From NCBI GenBank assembly GCA_028826165.1, contig JAPDFW010000010.1:1-64000 (forward strand): a stretch of DNA of 64,000 nucleotides, given 5' to 3'. The notes under the pieces are model-generated. The model saw nothing but the letters and a program-made list of their open reading frames with translations, did not search any database and was not told where the DNA came from. The stretch comes from Anaeramoeba ignava BMAN (Eukaryota > Protista > Anaeramoebae). Both the position numbers and the translations under genes were made by a program. Of the stretch, positions 61,264-64,000 are shown in pieces; within the stretch, counting starts at the first letter, position 1, and each line of letters starts with the position of its first letter.

Positions 61264-64000
61264 ATGAGTAAATTTAAAATTAAAATTAAAATTAAAATCA
61301 AAATTTAAAATTAAAATTAAAATTAAAATTAAAATTAAAAATTAAAATTGAAATTAAAATCAAAATTAAAATCAAAATTAAAATCAAAATTAAAATTAAA
61401 ATTATAATTAAAATTAAAATTATAATTTTTATTCCCTTTTTGATTTAGGTCATACTTGGACTGAAATTAAACCAAAATCATCAATAATTCCTGATAAACG
61501 TTCAAAAGTTTCTTATACTTTATATAATAATAAAATTCTTGTTTATGGTGGATTTCATGCACATGGTTGGGATCAAATTTATTATGATGATATGTATGAA
61601 TTTGATCTTGCAACAAAAAAAGTAATTGATTTTAAGGATAATTATAAAAAATACAATTAAAATTATAATTAAAAATAGAATTAAAAATGGAATTAAAATT
61701 AGAAATGGAATTAAAAATGGAATTAAAATTAAAAATACAATTAAAAATGGAATTGAAATTATAAATGAAATTAAAAATACAATTATAAATGGAATTATAA
61801 ATGGAATAATAAATGGAATAATAAATAGAAATAGAATTAAAATTGAAATTAAAATTAAAATTATAAATGGAATTAAAATTAGAAATGGAATTAAAAATAG
61901 AATTGGAATTAAAAATGGAATTAAAAATGAAATTAAAAATGGAATTAAAAATGGAATTAAAAATGGAATTAAAATTAAAAATAGAATTATAAATGGAATT
62001 AAAAATGAAATTAAAAATGGAATTAAAAATGGAATTAAAAATGGAATTAAAAATGGAATTAAAAATGAAATTAAAATTATAAATAGAATTAAAAATGGAA
62101 TTAAAAATGGAATTATAAATGGAATTAAAAATGGAATTAAAAATGAAATTAAAAATGGAATTAAAAATGGAATTAAAAATGGAATAATAAAATATTTTTT
62201 AGTGGAGCTTAATTGAACAAGTTGGAAAAAAACCAGCACCTCGTTGGGGAAATACAACAATAGTTTATCAAAATAAATTGATTGTTTTTGGAGGAAGACA
62301 AAGTGGATCAAACAATCCAGCAATTCATCAATTTGATTTAAAAAAAAGAATTTGGGAAGTATTAAAAACAAAAGGAAAATATGAATCACTTTATTATCAC
62401 GCATCAGTTCTGTATCAAAACAGATATATGATTTCAATAGGAGGATTAGAAAAAAATGACAAATATAATCAAAAAATATATGTATTGGATTTGGAGAAAT
62501 CAAAATGGAATACAATGAAAACAAGTGGGAAAAAACTTTCTCCTCGTTTTGGTCTTTCAGCTGTTATTGATAATGATGATATTTATGTTGTTGGTGGTTA
62601 TAAAAAAGATACTCTTTCTGGTTTGTTTAAATTGAATCTTAGATCCAAAATTTGGTCTCAAATTGTTTCAATTAATGATGAATATTGGACTTTAAAAGAA
62701 AGTCATTCAGCTGTTCTTGATTCAAAATCAAAAAAAATGATTATTTTTGGTGGTTTTCAAAGAAAAAATAATTCTAATTTGAATAATATTACAATTTTTA
62801 ATTTGGTTACTGAACAATGGGAAGAGGTTAAAACTAAAGGAGTTATACCAGATCCAAGAGGTATTTATTGATTTCAATTATTTTTGAAGTGATTTTTTTG
62901 TTGGAATGAAAATCAAAATCAAAATTAAAATCAAAATTAAAATCAAAATTAAAATCAAAATTAAAATTAAAATTTAAAATAAAAATCAAAATCAAAATCA
63001 AAATAAAAATCAAAATCAAAATCAAAATCAAAATCAAAATCAAAATCAAAATAAAAATCAAAATCAAAATCAAAATCAAAATGAAAATCAAAATCAAAAT
63101 GAAAATCAAAATCAAAATGAAAATCAAAATCAAAATCAAAATTTAAAATCAAAATCAAAATCAAAATCAAAATAAATCAAAATCAAAATCAAAATCAAAA
63201 TCAAAATCAAAATTTAAATTTAAAATCAAAACCAAAATCAAAATAAAAATCAAAATTTAAAATTAAAATCAAAATCAAAATGAAAATCAAAATTAAAATC
63301 AAAATTTAAAATTAAAATCAAAATCAAAATCAAAATCAAAATTAAAATCAAAATCAAAATCAAAATCAAAATCAAAATTAAAATCAAAATCAAAATCAAA
63401 ATTAAAATTAAAATTAAAATCAAAATTAAAAATCAAAATCAAAATAAATCAATTTCAAAATCAAAATCAAAATAAATCAAAATCAAAATCAAAATCAAAA
63501 TCAAAATCAAAATCAAAATCAAAATCAAAATGAAAATTTAAATTTAAAATCAAAATCAAAATCAAAATCAAAATCAAAATGAAAATCAAAATTAAAACAT
63601 TTAGATGATCATTCAGCAATTTTATCAAACAATAAAATGTATATCTTTTTTGGAACATCTGGGAATAATAAGAATTTTTATAATGATATTTTTGAATTTC
63701 AATTTGCATCTGAACTTTCAATTCATATGCATTCATTTCTTGATAATCAACAATTATGTGATATTGAGTTTACAACATTAGATAAGAAAAGAATTCAAGC
63801 ACATAATCATATTCTTCAAGCTCGATTAAGTAAAATCAAAATATTCAAAAAATTTAAAATTAAAATAATCAAAAAATCAAAATATTCAAAAAATTATAAT
63901 CAAAAAAAAAAGAACATCACTGGACTCCATTTTTCCAAAATCAATTATCAAATCTAACTTACGAAGAATTGAGATCATTCCTAACATTTATCTATACAGG
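61264..64000 (+). CDS. Kelch-repeat + BTB protein (LZTR1-like), continues beyond the window
   Basis: Exons 61264-61267 (ATGA), 61449-61621, 62203-62860, 63605-63829 and 63913-end. GG/W kelch repeats, LCDIEF..AHNHILQAR and LRSFLTFIYTG. Confidence 0.88.
61630..62190. repeat. (AAAAATGGAATT)n array in Kelch-BTB intron 2; a separate (AAAATC)n array fills intron 3 at 62905-63595
   Basis: Directly visible. Confidence 0.92.

Overview
This is very AT-rich, gene-dense eukaryotic (protist) nuclear DNA with the standard genetic code and GT-AG spliceosomal introns. The composition, hexamer microsatellites and intronless BTB-TLDc/RCC1-BTB genes resemble the metamonad Anaeramoeba (inference, not verified). 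I reconstructed 21 protein-coding genes by hand, about 38 introns in total: BEACH-WD40, CAAX protease, an unknown protein, TAF1, an atypical DHHC acyltransferase, PepD dipeptidase, PDRG1, BTB-TLDc, RCC1-BTB, ADP-ribosylglycohydrolase, a SKICH-like protein, a truncated P-loop NTPase, a DCX protein, an LRR/PH protein, RasGEF, a Zn-ribbon tRNA-binding protein, ankyrin-RhoGEF, LIN9/ALY, DnaJ, a membrane protein, TAF6 and Kelch-BTB. Many introns and spacers are filled with simple or satellite repeats. The most notable observations are: (1) inverted arrays of one ~145-bp unit bracketing a ~6.4-kb segment next to a BTB gene-family island; (2) an intronless, truncated NTPase flanked by direct repeats; (3) frequent poly-A/AAG splice acceptors; (4) a DHHC enzyme with EHYC and a whole zinc site lost; (5) tandem Inr-like TCATTTTT promoter arrays. 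Some frameshifts and garbled segments probably reflect assembly error. I recognised no rRNA, tRNA, CRISPR, transposase or intein.
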